Positions 27,127-37,095 of a stretch of DNA of 50,271 nt are shown one piece after another. The notes beneath the pieces were generated by a model. That model was given only the letters and a program-made list of their open reading frames with translations, was not told where the DNA came from and ran no database searches. This DNA comes from Planctomycetota bacterium (GTDB lineage: Bacteria; Planctomycetota; UBA8108; UBA1146), in NCBI GenBank assembly GCA_036338595.1, contig JAYZBV010000034.1:1-50271 (forward strand), given 5' to 3'. The translations under genes were made by a program, and so were the position numbers. How positions within the stretch are numbered: position 1 is the stretch's first letter; each line of letters opens with the position of its first letter.

Positions 27127-28280
27127 CCACCACTCCCGCTGGCGATCTGTCGCAGCGCCTCGACGACAAGGTCCCGTTGCCGATCATCGTTCTCGAGGCC
27201 CGGCGAGATGCGCAGCGTTCCCCCCACTTCCAGCGTCCCGATGTGGCGGTGAGCCAGCGGGGCACAGTGCAAGCCGGCACGACAGCGTGCACCGCAGATC
27301 GCTTCCAGTTGCGCGGCAGCATCTTCGGGAGCCTGACCGGGGAACTCCAGCGCGAGTACGGGAGTACGAGCAGCCCCGCAACTTTCCCCTCGCATGACCA
27401 CTCCATCGATGTCGGCGATCGCCTGGCGCCAGACCTCACGCAACTGGCTCAACTGCTCGAATCGAGGAGCCACGGGATGTTCTTCGAAATCGCGTAACGC
27501 GGCCTCCAGTCCAGCGATGCCGGGCAGGTTGGGCGTGCCCGATTCGAATCGCCCGGGGCCCCCATCGGGAATCGTCGGATGGGCGCTATCGACTCCGTTG
27601 CCACCGATCCACAGCGGTTCTGGCTCATAACCCGGTGCCATGTAGCAGGGACCGACACCCGGTGGTCCACCGAGGTGTTTGTGGCCAGCCATCGTGAACG
27701 CAACCAGTCCTGGACATCGTGCCAGGTGCAGCGGCACGATCCCCGCGGATTGGGCGCCGTCGACCACCAGCGGCAACGAGTGTTGCTGGCACCACGCCCC
27801 CACCTCTTCGATCGGCTGGATGATCCCCGTCACGTTGCTGGCGTGCTGCAACACGACTCCCAGGGCAGCTCCCGGATCGAGCTGCGACAGCTGTTCGAGA
27901 TCGACCTGCCCAACTGCATCGACCGGCAAGGCTCGCACCCGCTCCTCACCGAGTGCACGGACCGCGGGCCTCCACACTGCATTGTGTTCGAGAGCCCCGA
28001 TCCACAGCACCGATTCGTTTGCGGCTGGGCCACAGAGATCGGAGATGACGGTCGAGAGTGCCAGCGTCGAGGAAGGAAACAGCACCATCCGGCTCTCGTC
28101 AGCGACACCGAGCAGTTGTGCCAGACGCCGACGACAGCCACTGACGAGATCCCCGGCAGCCCTGGCACCCCCGTGGTTGCCCCTGCCGACGCTTCCAGCC
28201 AGGTGCAATGCCGACTGCATCGCCTCGGCGACACCGGGGTGTCGCGGGTGCGCCGTCGCCGCATGGTCGAGATAGATCAT
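27123..28280 (-). CDS. Class V PLP enzyme, cysteine desulfurase / selenocysteine lyase family
   Basis: MIYLDHAAT, EHNAV, HASNVTG, DGAQSAG, GHK (PLP lysine), ESGTPN, RAGLHCAP (catalytic Cys); RBS GGAGG before ATG 28280. Confidence 0.9.
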   Translation of the reverse strand: MIYLDHAATAHPRHPGVAEAMQSALHLAGSVGRGNHGGARAAGDLVSGCRRRLAQLLGVADESRMVLFPSSTLALSTVISDLCGPAANESVLWIGALEHNAVWRPAVRALGEERVRALPVDAVGQVDLEQLSQLDPGAALGVVLQHASNVTGIIQPIEEVGAWCQQHSLPLVVDGAQSAGIVPLHLARCPGLVAFTMAGHKHLGGPPGVGPCYMAPGYEPEPLWIGGNGVDSAHPTIPDGGPGRFESGTPNLPGIAGLEAALRDFEEHPVAPRFEQLSQLREVWRQAIADIDGVVMRGESCGAARTPVLALEFPGQAPEDAAAQLEAICGARCRAGLHCAPLAHRHIGTLEVGGTLRISPGLENDDRQRDLVVEALRQIASGSGG

Positions 28281-28419
28281 CGTTCCTCCAGCGGGATGGT
28301 CGACGCAACGACCGCCATCGTCAAGGGAACGCACTTGCACCGCACACGAATCCGAAACAGGATCGCCACAGCGCCATGCCAATGGCCCCCTTCGAAGCAG
28401 TGCGCGGAAAGGAACCCGG

Positions 28420-29025
28420 ATGACTGTCGGTCACAGAAGCCTCGATCCCGAACAACTCGACCGCAAGCAACGCTACCTGCTGATGGTCGCCAGCGTCGTG
28501 CCTCGCCCCATCGCCTGGACCTCCACCGTCAGCAGTTCCGGAATCTCGAATCTGGCTCCCTTCAGTTTCTTCGGAGGAGTCAGCAGCGATCCTCCGACGG
28601 TGGTGCTGAGCATCGGCAGGCGAAAAGATGGCAGCCACAAGGACACTGCCCGAAATCTGCTCGAGGGCGGGGAAGCGGTGATCCACATCTGTGAGAACCG
28701 CGATGGTTCCAGCATGGTCGCCAGCAGTGAAGGCCTTCCCCCCGACGAGAGCGAGATCGATCTGCTGGATCTGGCCATCGTCGACTCGGATGTAGTCAGC
28801 CCACCCCGATTGCGGGATGCAGCCATCGCCCTCGAATCGACACGCATTCACCATCGAGAAGTGGGCAACGGTCCGGTGGATCTGTTCCTGCTCGAGGTGG
28901 TTCGGTTCCATCTCAGGGAAGACCTGTTGTGCGATGGATTGCCCGACGCCGCCGAGATGAAGGCACTCGGTCGCCTCGGCGGCTCTCTCTACTGCGACAC
29001 CTCAGCACCTTTTTCCATCGAGTGA
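28420..29025 (+). CDS. Flavin reductase family (flavoredoxin-like) protein
   Basis: VVPRPIAW.ST, NLAPFSFF, KDT.RN, RLGG..Y. Confidence 0.93.
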   Translation: MTVGHRSLDPEQLDRKQRYLLMVASVVPRPIAWTSTVSSSGISNLAPFSFFGGVSSDPPTVVLSIGRRKDGSHKDTARNLLEGGEAVIHICENRDGSSMVASSEGLPPDESEIDLLDLAIVDSDVVSPPRLRDAAIALESTRIHHREVGNGPVDLFLLEVVRFHLREDLLCDGLPDAAEMKALGRLGGSLYCDTSAPFSIE

Positions 29026-29164
29026 CCCGACTAGGTTTCTCGCCAGCGTCTCGACAGGTACCATGTCGCCGTGGCGTGCGACCGCTCTCGCGGGGGAACC
29101 CAGGTCGATCCTGGGCGGGGGAGTCTGGAACTGGCGCCGTTTCTTCCTCGGATTGGGGGAAGCC

Positions 29165-32100
29165 ATGCGTCACCAAATTTCCATATCTGGCAGCGGCTCA
29201 AGCCGACCCGGGGTCGCCTTCACCCGGTTGTTGGTGATGCTGGTCATCGCCATCATCGCACTGCTGCCTTCCTGCCACAGAAGTGGCAGTTACAGCGACA
29301 ACGGATCGGTCGTGGTGATCGAGGATCCTTGCCTCGATTCGCCACTGCCCTCCTACCCGCCCGGATACCCGCTGGCGTTGCTGGAGTTGCTACCGTTTGT
29401 CGCCATGGAACCCCAGGTTCCCCAGCCCCCCGATGGCATCTCGTGCCTTCCGAGTGTCTACCTGGTCGCACCGCCGCTGCCGGCAGGACTGGCCCTCGAC
29501 GAGGTTACCGGAACCATCTCGGGAACTCCCGAGATCAGCGGTACCACCAGTGAACATGTCATCACCGCCGTCTTCCCCGATGCTACCGAGGACTTCCTGA
29601 TGACGATCATCGTGCTGGCCCTGCCACCGGCATTCATCTATCCGCAGGATAGCGTCGACCTGATCGAGCAAGATCAGCTCTTGCTCGATCCAGAACTGCT
29701 GCCCGGATCGGGGCCGATCGAGAACTGGAGTGTCGAAACTCCCGGAGCCCCACCACTGTCTGCCATCGTCGACACGCTGACGGGACAGCTGGCACTCTTC
29801 GGCAGCGGCAATTACACCGCAATCGTCACCGGCACCAACAACGCCGGAGATGCGAGTTTCTCCATCGAGGTCACGACACTGTTACTGCCTCGAATCACTT
29901 CGCCGCTGTTGTTTGTAGATGACGGCGATGGAGTGCTCGGAGTCGGGGATCACATCCACATCGAGACCACCACCGAGGTACAAGCACCGAGCAGTGGAGC
30001 CGACACCTTGACGATGTCAGCGGGGAGTTCGCTCGGCAGCGGGAGCGTCTCCATCGCGACGGGGACGACGACCACTCTGATCAGCATCGGCGAAGGAGCC
30101 GTGCTGGAAGCGCGTGGTGCGGCAGATGCGGTGGGAGCGACCAGTTCAGCGCCGCTGACCTCGATCCCCAGTCATGGCACTCCCGGCGAACTGGTGGATC
30201 TCACCACGGGTCTGCCGCTGGCCACCACGCCTGCACTCGATCTGTTTCCGGGGCTGCGCCAGGGGATCGTCGGTACCTTCCCCACCAACCAGGTCATCGC
30301 CGCAGATCTCGATGCCGATGGACGCAGTGAACTGGTCGCCATCACCGAGGGGCAATTGTTGCGCCTCGAGCGCGATGGCAGTGGCAACTGGGCCAGCGAG
30401 ACGATCGGTGGCTCGGGACTGGTCTCGGTGGCGGCCTCCGACATCGATGATGATGGGGATCTCGACCTGATCGCGGTGGGAGCGGAGGGAGTCTTCGGCT
30501 TCAATAATGACGCAGGATCCTTCAACTTGAGTCTCTTTGACGCCAATGCAGCGAGTCGAATCGTCATCGCTGATCTTGACCGAGATGGGGACGACGATCT
30601 TCTCGTCGCCCGATCGGCGAGTAGCGTGGAGGTCTTTGCTGGCGATGGATCAGGCAACTTTGTCAGCAGTGAGATGCTGCCGGTGGACGGCAGCGCAGGG
30701 ATCGTGGTGATCGACCTCGACCGAGATGGCTATCTCGATGTTGCGACCGCAGAGCCGGCACTGCTGAAGGGCGATGCCAATGGTCTGACGCCCTGGAGTG
30801 GCGCCCCCCTTCCCGATCCACCCTGCAGTGGTCTCGTCTCCATCGATACCGATCGAGCCGATGGCTGGCAGAGCCTCGTGTGGCTCACCGCCGATGACAC
30901 CCTGCATCGCATCGATTCCATCGGTGGCAGTCTCGAGATCGATCTCATCAGCGGACTCTTCACATCGGTTCATTCGATCGATGGCGCCGACCTCGATCGG
31001 GACGGTGGCGATGACCTGCTGCTGATAGGCAACGATGGCATCCGCATCCATCCTTCGCGGGGTGCACTACCTGTCGATGGGGTCGAACTCTCGTCGCGGG
31101 CTGCGATGCTGATGACGCTGGACAACGTCAGCAGCATTTGCACCACCGATCTGGACGCAGACGGTGACCTCGATGTGATCGCTGCGGGTGCCTCGGGCAT
31201 CGTCGAAGGGATCAATGGTCTCGAAGCGGTGATAGGAAGCGTCTCCCTGCAGCTGGATCCTCACCCCGGATCGGGTCACGAGATCCGATCGGTGCTGGCG
31301 ACCGGCGACATCCAGCAAGATGGATACCTCGACAGGGTCGTCGCCGGTCCGGGATCGTCCGCTGGACTGCGCGCCACCTGGTTGCTGCCCGGAAGTGACC
31401 CCTCGGTGGCGCTGCTACTGGTCGAAGGAGCCGATGTTCGCTCGGCAGCACTGGTGGATGTGGAGCGAGACGGGGATCTGGACATCGTGCTGGGAGTGCA
31501 CGACGGCATCGATCTGCTGTTGATCCAGCAGACCCCCACTCAATACCTGACGATCGATTTCCCGGGTGGGCACGAGGGTGATGTCACCAATGCGCTGCAG
31601 TGCGGCGATGTCGATGGAGATGGAATCGAGGATCTGGTGCAGGGCTGTTACGGACTCAACAGGATCTGGATCGGCGACGGTGCAGGATCCTTCGGGCCCC
31701 TGTCACAACTCTTTCCGCCGGATGTGACCTATGCCATCCACCTCGACGATCTCGATGGAGATGGCGACCTGGATCTGGTCAGCGGCAACTCCACCGGTCG
31801 CCACAACCGCCTGTGGATCAATGACGGCAGCGGAATCTTCTCTGACTCGGGCCAGATTCTGGGAGTCATGGAGGTTCGCAGTATCACCTCCGGAGACATC
31901 GATCAGGATGGGGATGCCGACCTGGTGCTCGGCATGACAGGCGCCGGGTCGATCGGATTCCCCGATGCCATCTGGCACAACGATGGTAGCGGTCACTTCT
32001 CGGAGGCTACCTCTCCAGATGCCGATGGCAGCGCATCGCTGGCGGTTGCGCTCGGCGATCTCGATCTCGATGGCGACCTCGATCTGGTCACTGCTGCGGT

Positions 32101-32269
32101 GACGGGATTGAGGGTGCAGTGGAATCTGGGTGGATTCTTCTCCAGCGCCGAGTGGCTCGCATCTGGATACCACGATTCGGTACAACTGCTCGATGTCGAT
32201 GGAGACGGTGATCTCGACCTGCAGAGCGCCAGTGCAGCCCTCGACCTGGAGACGTGGATCGCTCGCTGA
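29165..32269 (+). CDS. Large putative lipoprotein with Ig-like domains and about 14 FG-GAP/VCBS repeats
   Basis: Lipobox-like LPS-C; putative Ig motif LPAGLALDEVTGTISGTP; 14 DxDxDG.xD-like repeats. Start inferred at ATG 29165. Confidence 0.85.
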   Translation: MRHQISISGSGSSRPGVAFTRLLVMLVIAIIALLPSCHRSGSYSDNGSVVVIEDPCLDSPLPSYPPGYPLALLELLPFVAMEPQVPQPPDGISCLPSVYLVAPPLPAGLALDEVTGTISGTPEISGTTSEHVITAVFPDATEDFLMTIIVLALPPAFIYPQDSVDLIEQDQLLLDPELLPGSGPIENWSVETPGAPPLSAIVDTLTGQLALFGSGNYTAIVTGTNNAGDASFSIEVTTLLLPRITSPLLFVDDGDGVLGVGDHIHIETTTEVQAPSSGADTLTMSAGSSLGSGSVSIATGTTTTLISIGEGAVLEARGAADAVGATSSAPLTSIPSHGTPGELVDLTTGLPLATTPALDLFPGLRQGIVGTFPTNQVIAADLDADGRSELVAITEGQLLRLERDGSGNWASETIGGSGLVSVAASDIDDDGDLDLIAVGAEGVFGFNNDAGSFNLSLFDANAASRIVIADLDRDGDDDLLVARSASSVEVFAGDGSGNFVSSEMLPVDGSAGIVVIDLDRDGYLDVATAEPALLKGDANGLTPWSGAPLPDPPCSGLVSIDTDRADGWQSLVWLTADDTLHRIDSIGGSLEIDLISGLFTSVHSIDGADLDRDGGDDLLLIGNDGIRIHPSRGALPVDGVELSSRAAMLMTLDNVSSICTTDLDADGDLDVIAAGASGIVEGINGLEAVIGSVSLQLDPHPGSGHEIRSVLATGDIQQDGYLDRVVAGPGSSAGLRATWLLPGSDPSVALLLVEGADVRSAALVDVERDGDLDIVLGVHDGIDLLLIQQTPTQYLTIDFPGGHEGDVTNALQCGDVDGDGIEDLVQGCYGLNRIWIGDGAGSFGPLSQLFPPDVTYAIHLDDLDGDGDLDLVSGNSTGRHNRLWINDGSGIFSDSGQILGVMEVRSITSGDIDQDGDADLVLGMTGAGSIGFPDAIWHNDGSGHFSEATSPDADGSASLAVALGDLDLDGDLDLVTAAVTGLRVQWNLGGFFSSAEWLASGYHDSVQLLDVDGDGDLDLQSASAALDLETWIAR

Positions 32270-32390
32270 TGTGGATCGCTCGCTGAGCCCCATCCGGTAC
32301 CGATTCCATATCCTGGTAGATCCCCCCCCGAGGCCGATAGCGTCCGACACCGACAAGCCTTACCATCCGCATCCTCAGATTGGAGTAGCG

Positions 32391-33230
32391 ATGACCCATC
32401 TCATCATTTCAGCGATCCTGATGACATCCCTCGGCGCCACCGAGCCCGTGAATCTGGAGGCTGGCATCGAGCCGGCTCCAGCGGTGGTCAGCCTCAAGTC
32501 GATTCTCGTCTTCAGCCGCACTTCTGGATTCCGCCACGGCAGCATCGGGCCGGGCAAGGCAGCCCTCACCGCACTGGGAGAAGCACACGGTTTCAGGGTC
32601 CAGGTGACGGAAGACCCGACCCTCTTCAATGACGCCGAACTCGAAAAGCATCAGGTGGTGGTGTTTCTCAACACGACCCAGGATGTGCTCGAACCTGCCC
32701 AGGAACAGATCTTCGAGCGCTGGATCAGAGGCGGTGGAGGCTACGTCGGTATCCATTCCGCCAGTGACACCGAATATGACTGGGCCTTCTACGGTCACCT
32801 GGTCGGGGCCTATTTCTCAGGACATCCGCGAGTTCAGGAAGCGACCGTCAATGTCGTCTATCCGAAACATCCGGCGATGATGCATCTTCCCAGGAGCTGG
32901 AAGCGAACCGATGAGTGGTACAACTTCCAGAAGTTGCCAGAAAAGGTCCGGATCCTCGCCTGGCTCGATACCGACAGTTACGAGGGATCGACGATGAAGG
33001 GCAAACATCCGGCCGCCTGGTGCCACATGATCGACAAGGGACGCAGTTTTTACACCGTCGGTGGACACACCAATGAGTCCTTTGCGGAACCGCTCTTCAT
33101 GAAGCACCTGCACGGCGCCATCTGGTGGGCCTGTGGCAATAACAATGCACCGCCATCCCTTCCAGCCGATGACGTTGAATCCACCGAGAAAAAGCCGCCC
33201 GCCAAGACTTCCGCTGGAGACACCCGATGA
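32391..33230 (+). CDS. Secreted ThuA-domain protein
   Basis: LVFSRT.GFRH.SI, VFLNTT, GGG.VGIH.A.D, DEWYNF, GR.FYT..GH; start ATG 32391 after GGAG. Confidence 0.9.
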   Translation: MTHLIISAILMTSLGATEPVNLEAGIEPAPAVVSLKSILVFSRTSGFRHGSIGPGKAALTALGEAHGFRVQVTEDPTLFNDAELEKHQVVVFLNTTQDVLEPAQEQIFERWIRGGGGYVGIHSASDTEYDWAFYGHLVGAYFSGHPRVQEATVNVVYPKHPAMMHLPRSWKRTDEWYNFQKLPEKVRILAWLDTDSYEGSTMKGKHPAAWCHMIDKGRSFYTVGGHTNESFAEPLFMKHLHGAIWWACGNNNAPPSLPADDVESTEKKPPAKTSAGDTR

Positions 33231-34603
33231 ATCGAATCGAACAGGACACTCTCATCTCACTCAATCCCGCAACCGGTGAAGAAGTGGGACGGCTCCCCAT
33301 CACTCCTGTCGATCAGATCGCCGCAGTGGTCGCCACCGCCCGTGCCGCTCAACCTGCGTGGGGTCGGCTGTCGTTGCAGCAACGCGCCGATCAGATGCGT
33401 CCCTTTGGCGATGCTCTGGTCTCTGCGGCAGAGGAACTCGGCACCCTGCTGACACGAGAGATGGGGAAACCGCTCGCCGAGGGCATCGGCGAGACGAAGC
33501 ATTGCGGCTCCACGCTGGGCAATACTCTCGATGAGTTGATCGAGGCCCTCACTCCGGAGCCGATGGATGACAAGAGTGTTTCATCGACACTGGTGTTTGA
33601 TCCGCTCGGGGTTTGCGCCGGCATCACGCCGTGGAACTTTCCACTCTCGATGCCGCACTGGACGGTGATCCCGGCGCTGATGGCCGGCAACTCGGTGGTG
33701 CTGAAGCCATCGGAAAAGACGCCGCTGGTCGCTCAGGCCTATGCCGAGCTGTTGATGTCCCACCTGCCGGAAGGTGTCCTGCAGGTGATTCACGGCGATG
33801 GCACCCAGGGCCAGGCTCTGGTCGCTGCCGATGTCGATCTGATCGCCTTCACAGGTTCGCGCGCCACCGGGGCGCATATCCTGGAGAGTGCCGGCGGCGG
33901 GCTCAAGAGAGTGATCCTGGAACTCGGCGGCAAGGACCCACTGATCGTGCTCGACGATGCCGATCTGGAAGCGGCGGCGAAGTTCGCCGCCTCGAACTCC
34001 TTTCGAAATGCCGGTCAGGTCTGTGTCAGCACCGAACGAATCTACGTTCAGGAACCGGTACTCGATCAGTTCCAGAAGCTGCTGTGCGAAGCAGCGGGCC
34101 AGATGCAAGTCGGCGATGGCTGTGACGATGGCACCGAGATCGGACCGATGATCGACAGTGGCCAGAAGAAACATGTCGAGGATCAGGTCGAGAAGGCGCT
34201 CTCCGATGGTGCCGAGGTACTCTTCCGGGGAGAGGATCTCGGTGGCAACTTCTTCCCGCTGACGGTGCTCTCCGATTGTCAGGAATCGATGGATGTCATC
34301 CGAGAAGAGACCTTTGGCCCGGTCGCCTGTGTCCTGAAGGTGACAGACGATGCCGAGGCGATCGATCGCGCCAACAATACCCCGTACGGTCTCGGCGCGG
34401 CTGTCTTCGGCAGCTCGGAACGAGCCCACGACATCGCGCGACAGTTGACCGCCGGCATGGTCGGCATCAACAAGGGCTGCGGCGGAGCCAGCGGCACACC
34501 GTGGGTCGGCGCAAAACAATCCGGCTACGGCTATCACTCCGGTCGCGACGGCCACAGACAGTTTGCCCAGTTGCGCGTGATCAGCGAGATGCGCAGCCAG
34601 TAA
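33227..34603 (+). CDS. Aldehyde dehydrogenase family protein
   Basis: ITPWNFP, KPSE, FTGS, LELGGKD, NAGQVC, EETFGP, YGL. Confidence 0.96.
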   Translation: MNRIEQDTLISLNPATGEEVGRLPITPVDQIAAVVATARAAQPAWGRLSLQQRADQMRPFGDALVSAAEELGTLLTREMGKPLAEGIGETKHCGSTLGNTLDELIEALTPEPMDDKSVSSTLVFDPLGVCAGITPWNFPLSMPHWTVIPALMAGNSVVLKPSEKTPLVAQAYAELLMSHLPEGVLQVIHGDGTQGQALVAADVDLIAFTGSRATGAHILESAGGGLKRVILELGGKDPLIVLDDADLEAAAKFAASNSFRNAGQVCVSTERIYVQEPVLDQFQKLLCEAAGQMQVGDGCDDGTEIGPMIDSGQKKHVEDQVEKALSDGAEVLFRGEDLGGNFFPLTVLSDCQESMDVIREETFGPVACVLKVTDDAEAIDRANNTPYGLGAAVFGSSERAHDIARQLTAGMVGINKGCGGASGTPWVGAKQSGYGYHSGRDGHRQFAQLRVISEMRSQ

Positions 34604-34621
34604 GCGAGGTACCCGCGCCGG

Positions 34622-35824
34622 TCACGCCCCGAACTTGTCGAGGCGATCGGCGTGAGCAAGCAGAAGCGGCATCAATTCCTGGCCACGGATGGTGCCGATG
34701 TCGCCGTAGATGCAGCCGCGCTCGGTGAAGGGGACCCCCTCCACCGGCAACACCCGCCTCGAATGAACCAGCAACGGCACCGGATGCCAGGAGTGCTCGG
34801 CCATCGAGGTCGGTGTCGAGTGATCCCCGGTGATGGCGACGACATCGAGCCCCGCCTCGAGGAAGGAAGGAAGTGCCGCATCGAAGGTCTCGATGGCCGC
34901 CACCTTGGCGTCGAAATCGCCGCTGTGCCCGGCCGTGTCGGTATCCTTGTGATGGATGAACAGAAACTGGTAGCCGTCACTGACCGCTCTCGACAGCGAC
35001 TGGGCCTGCTCCTTCAGGTCATTTCCGGCATCGAGGGCGTCCATTCCTACCAGCTTTGCGACACCCCGATACATCGGATAGATCGCGATGGCACCGCTTC
35101 GAAGGTTGTACAACTGCTCGAAGGTGGGCACATCGGGTCTGCTCGAGAAGCCTCGCAGCAACACACCGTTAGCCACCTGTTCCGTTGCCAGCACTTCTCG
35201 CGCCCTGCTGATCCATTCGGTGGCCAGCGATGCGGTTCGCTCTGAACTGGTACCGCGCCCCACGAATGGCAGTGGCTCTCGCCCCGTCACCTGGGGGTCG
35301 TTGTCGGTGACCGCTGCACCGAGGGCATCTCCGGTGATCACCCAGGTGAAACGATGTTGCTTGCCCGCCAGCAGCCGCACCTGAACTCCATCGAGAGAAA
35401 TCTGCTCCATCAGCAGTTCGCAGATCCTGTCGCACTCCTCATCGGATGGACGACCGGCGCGACGATCCGAGACCAGCCCCTTCTCATCGATGCTACAGAA
35501 GTTGCCGCGAGCAGCGATCTCACCTGTAGCGAGCGGATAGTCGCTGCCGAGTGCTTCCAGCAGTCCTCGACCGAAATCCAGTTGCATCGGATCATGCCCG
35601 AAGAGCGACATATGCCCGGGACCGGAGCCCGGCGTGATTCCCGGCGGCAGCAACTGAACTCTTCCCAGCGATGAAATCTTCGCCAGCTCATCGAGATGCG
35701 GCGTATTCGCCGCTTCCAGTTCGGTCTTGGCACCATCGGGATGGGGAAGCCCACCGAGGCCGTCGAGCACGAAGAGCCCGATGCTTCCCCCTCGATCGCG
35801 GACCAGTTCCAGAGGACAGGTCAT
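34622..35824 (-). CDS. apgM: Cofactor-independent phosphoglycerate mutase, archaeal (ApgM) type
   Basis: LDGLG, T.LE.A.TP.LD, PGSG.GH.SLFG, GRG.LEA.G, RGNF, DRRAGR, D.AGH.GD, TGDHSTP, HSWHPVP; start ATG 35824 after GGAAGGGGG. Confidence 0.92.
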   Translation of the reverse strand: MTCPLELVRDRGGSIGLFVLDGLGGLPHPDGAKTELEAANTPHLDELAKISSLGRVQLLPPGITPGSGPGHMSLFGHDPMQLDFGRGLLEALGSDYPLATGEIAARGNFCSIDEKGLVSDRRAGRPSDEECDRICELLMEQISLDGVQVRLLAGKQHRFTWVITGDALGAAVTDNDPQVTGREPLPFVGRGTSSERTASLATEWISRAREVLATEQVANGVLLRGFSSRPDVPTFEQLYNLRSGAIAIYPMYRGVAKLVGMDALDAGNDLKEQAQSLSRAVSDGYQFLFIHHKDTDTAGHSGDFDAKVAAIETFDAALPSFLEAGLDVVAITGDHSTPTSMAEHSWHPVPLLVHSRRVLPVEGVPFTERGCIYGDIGTIRGQELMPLLLAHADRLDKFGA

Positions 35825-35946
35825 CGTCCCCCCTTCCGCTGGCATTGTCCAAGTAGCAGCGAGGGACGGCAAGGGAAGTGGCTCCCCTTCCAGGAACAAC
35901 AATCTCGGGTACCCTGAGCCGATCGAAGGGGAGGGACGAGGAGCCC

Positions 35947-37095
35947 ATGGAACCGATCTGCTCCCTCCACCTCAATACAGCGCGGAGTTGGCGAGGCGGA
36001 GAGCGACAAACACTGCTGCTGCTGGAGGGTCTCCGTCGCGAGGGTCACGCCCCCTCCGTCGTCTGTCCGCCCGGATCTCCGCTGGCGCAGAGGGCTCAGG
36101 CGAGTGGCATTCCAGTTCACGAGATCCCTCTGCGGGGAGAGCTGGACCTTTCATCGGCGATGAAACTGCGCCGGTTGATCCTGGAAATGAAGCCCCAGAT
36201 CCTTCAACTCCATACGGCACACGCCCACTCCACCGGCCTGCTCTCACGCCTCGGACTCGGCACACGGCCTGCCGTCATCGTCCAGCGCCGCGTCGATTTC
36301 TCGATTCATCGAAGTGGCACACCGGGGTTGACGCGACTGAAGTACCAGTTTGGCGTCGACAGGTACATCGCCATCTCGCACAAGATCGCCGAGGTGCTGC
36401 AACGAGACGACATCGATCCGAAGCGCATCCGTGTCGTTCACTCGGGGGTTCCGCCGCTGCCCGAGCCGGTCCGAAGCACGGATGAACTGAGAGACAGATG
36501 GCAACTGGACAGAGATGCGCCACTGCTGGGGACCATCGGTGCGCTCACCGGGCACAAGGGACACCGCCATCTGATCGAGGCGATGGCGCTGCTTCGTCCG
36601 CGAGATCCAGCAGCACAACTGGTGTTGATCGGCGAAGGCGAAGAGGCACAGACTCTCGATGCCCTCGCCACCGAACGGGGAGTAGCCGATCGGGTGCATC
36701 GCATCGGATTCGAGGAAGATGTGTCATCGTGGCTGCATGCTCTCGATCTCTTCATTCACCCCAGCCTCGACGAAGGACTCGGCACCAGCATCCTCGATGC
36801 GCTCCAGGCGGGACGAACCGTGGTCGCCAGCGATGTCGGCGGCATCCCCGAGGTGATCGAAGATGGCGTCACCGGCCGCCTCGTGGCTGCGGCAGATCCA
36901 CGCCAGCTCGCCGAGGTGATCGATGAATTGCTCGATGACCCGGCCACTGCTGCACAACTCGCAGCAGCGGGGCAGCAGTTCCAGAAGCACAACTTCAGTG
37001 CCGATGCGATGGTGCGTGGCAACATCGAGGTCCACCAGGAACTGCTCGAGGAACTGCAAGCCGGAGAATCGAGCGATGAGGAGATCACCCGATGA
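35947..37095 (+). CDS. Glycosyltransferase family 4
   Basis: RGGERQ, KGH..L..A, EGLG....DA, S.VGGIPEVI. Confidence 0.93.
   Translation: MEPICSLHLNTARSWRGGERQTLLLLEGLRREGHAPSVVCPPGSPLAQRAQASGIPVHEIPLRGELDLSSAMKLRRLILEMKPQILQLHTAHAHSTGLLSRLGLGTRPAVIVQRRVDFSIHRSGTPGLTRLKYQFGVDRYIAISHKIAEVLQRDDIDPKRIRVVHSGVPPLPEPVRSTDELRDRWQLDRDAPLLGTIGALTGHKGHRHLIEAMALLRPRDPAAQLVLIGEGEEAQTLDALATERGVADRVHRIGFEEDVSSWLHALDLFIHPSLDEGLGTSILDALQAGRTVVASDVGGIPEVIEDGVTGRLVAAADPRQLAEVIDELLDDPATAAQLAAAGQQFQKHNFSADAMVRGNIEVHQELLEELQAGESSDEEITR

Noticed and set aside
32130..32390. N-terminal extensions given by the ORF track (ThuA here; also tgt, apgM, GT4, mnmA, desulfurase, ThrRS editing protein)
   Set aside because: They overlap neighbours or precede the family start; downstream starts fit better, most with a clear RBS or a stop-start overlap.
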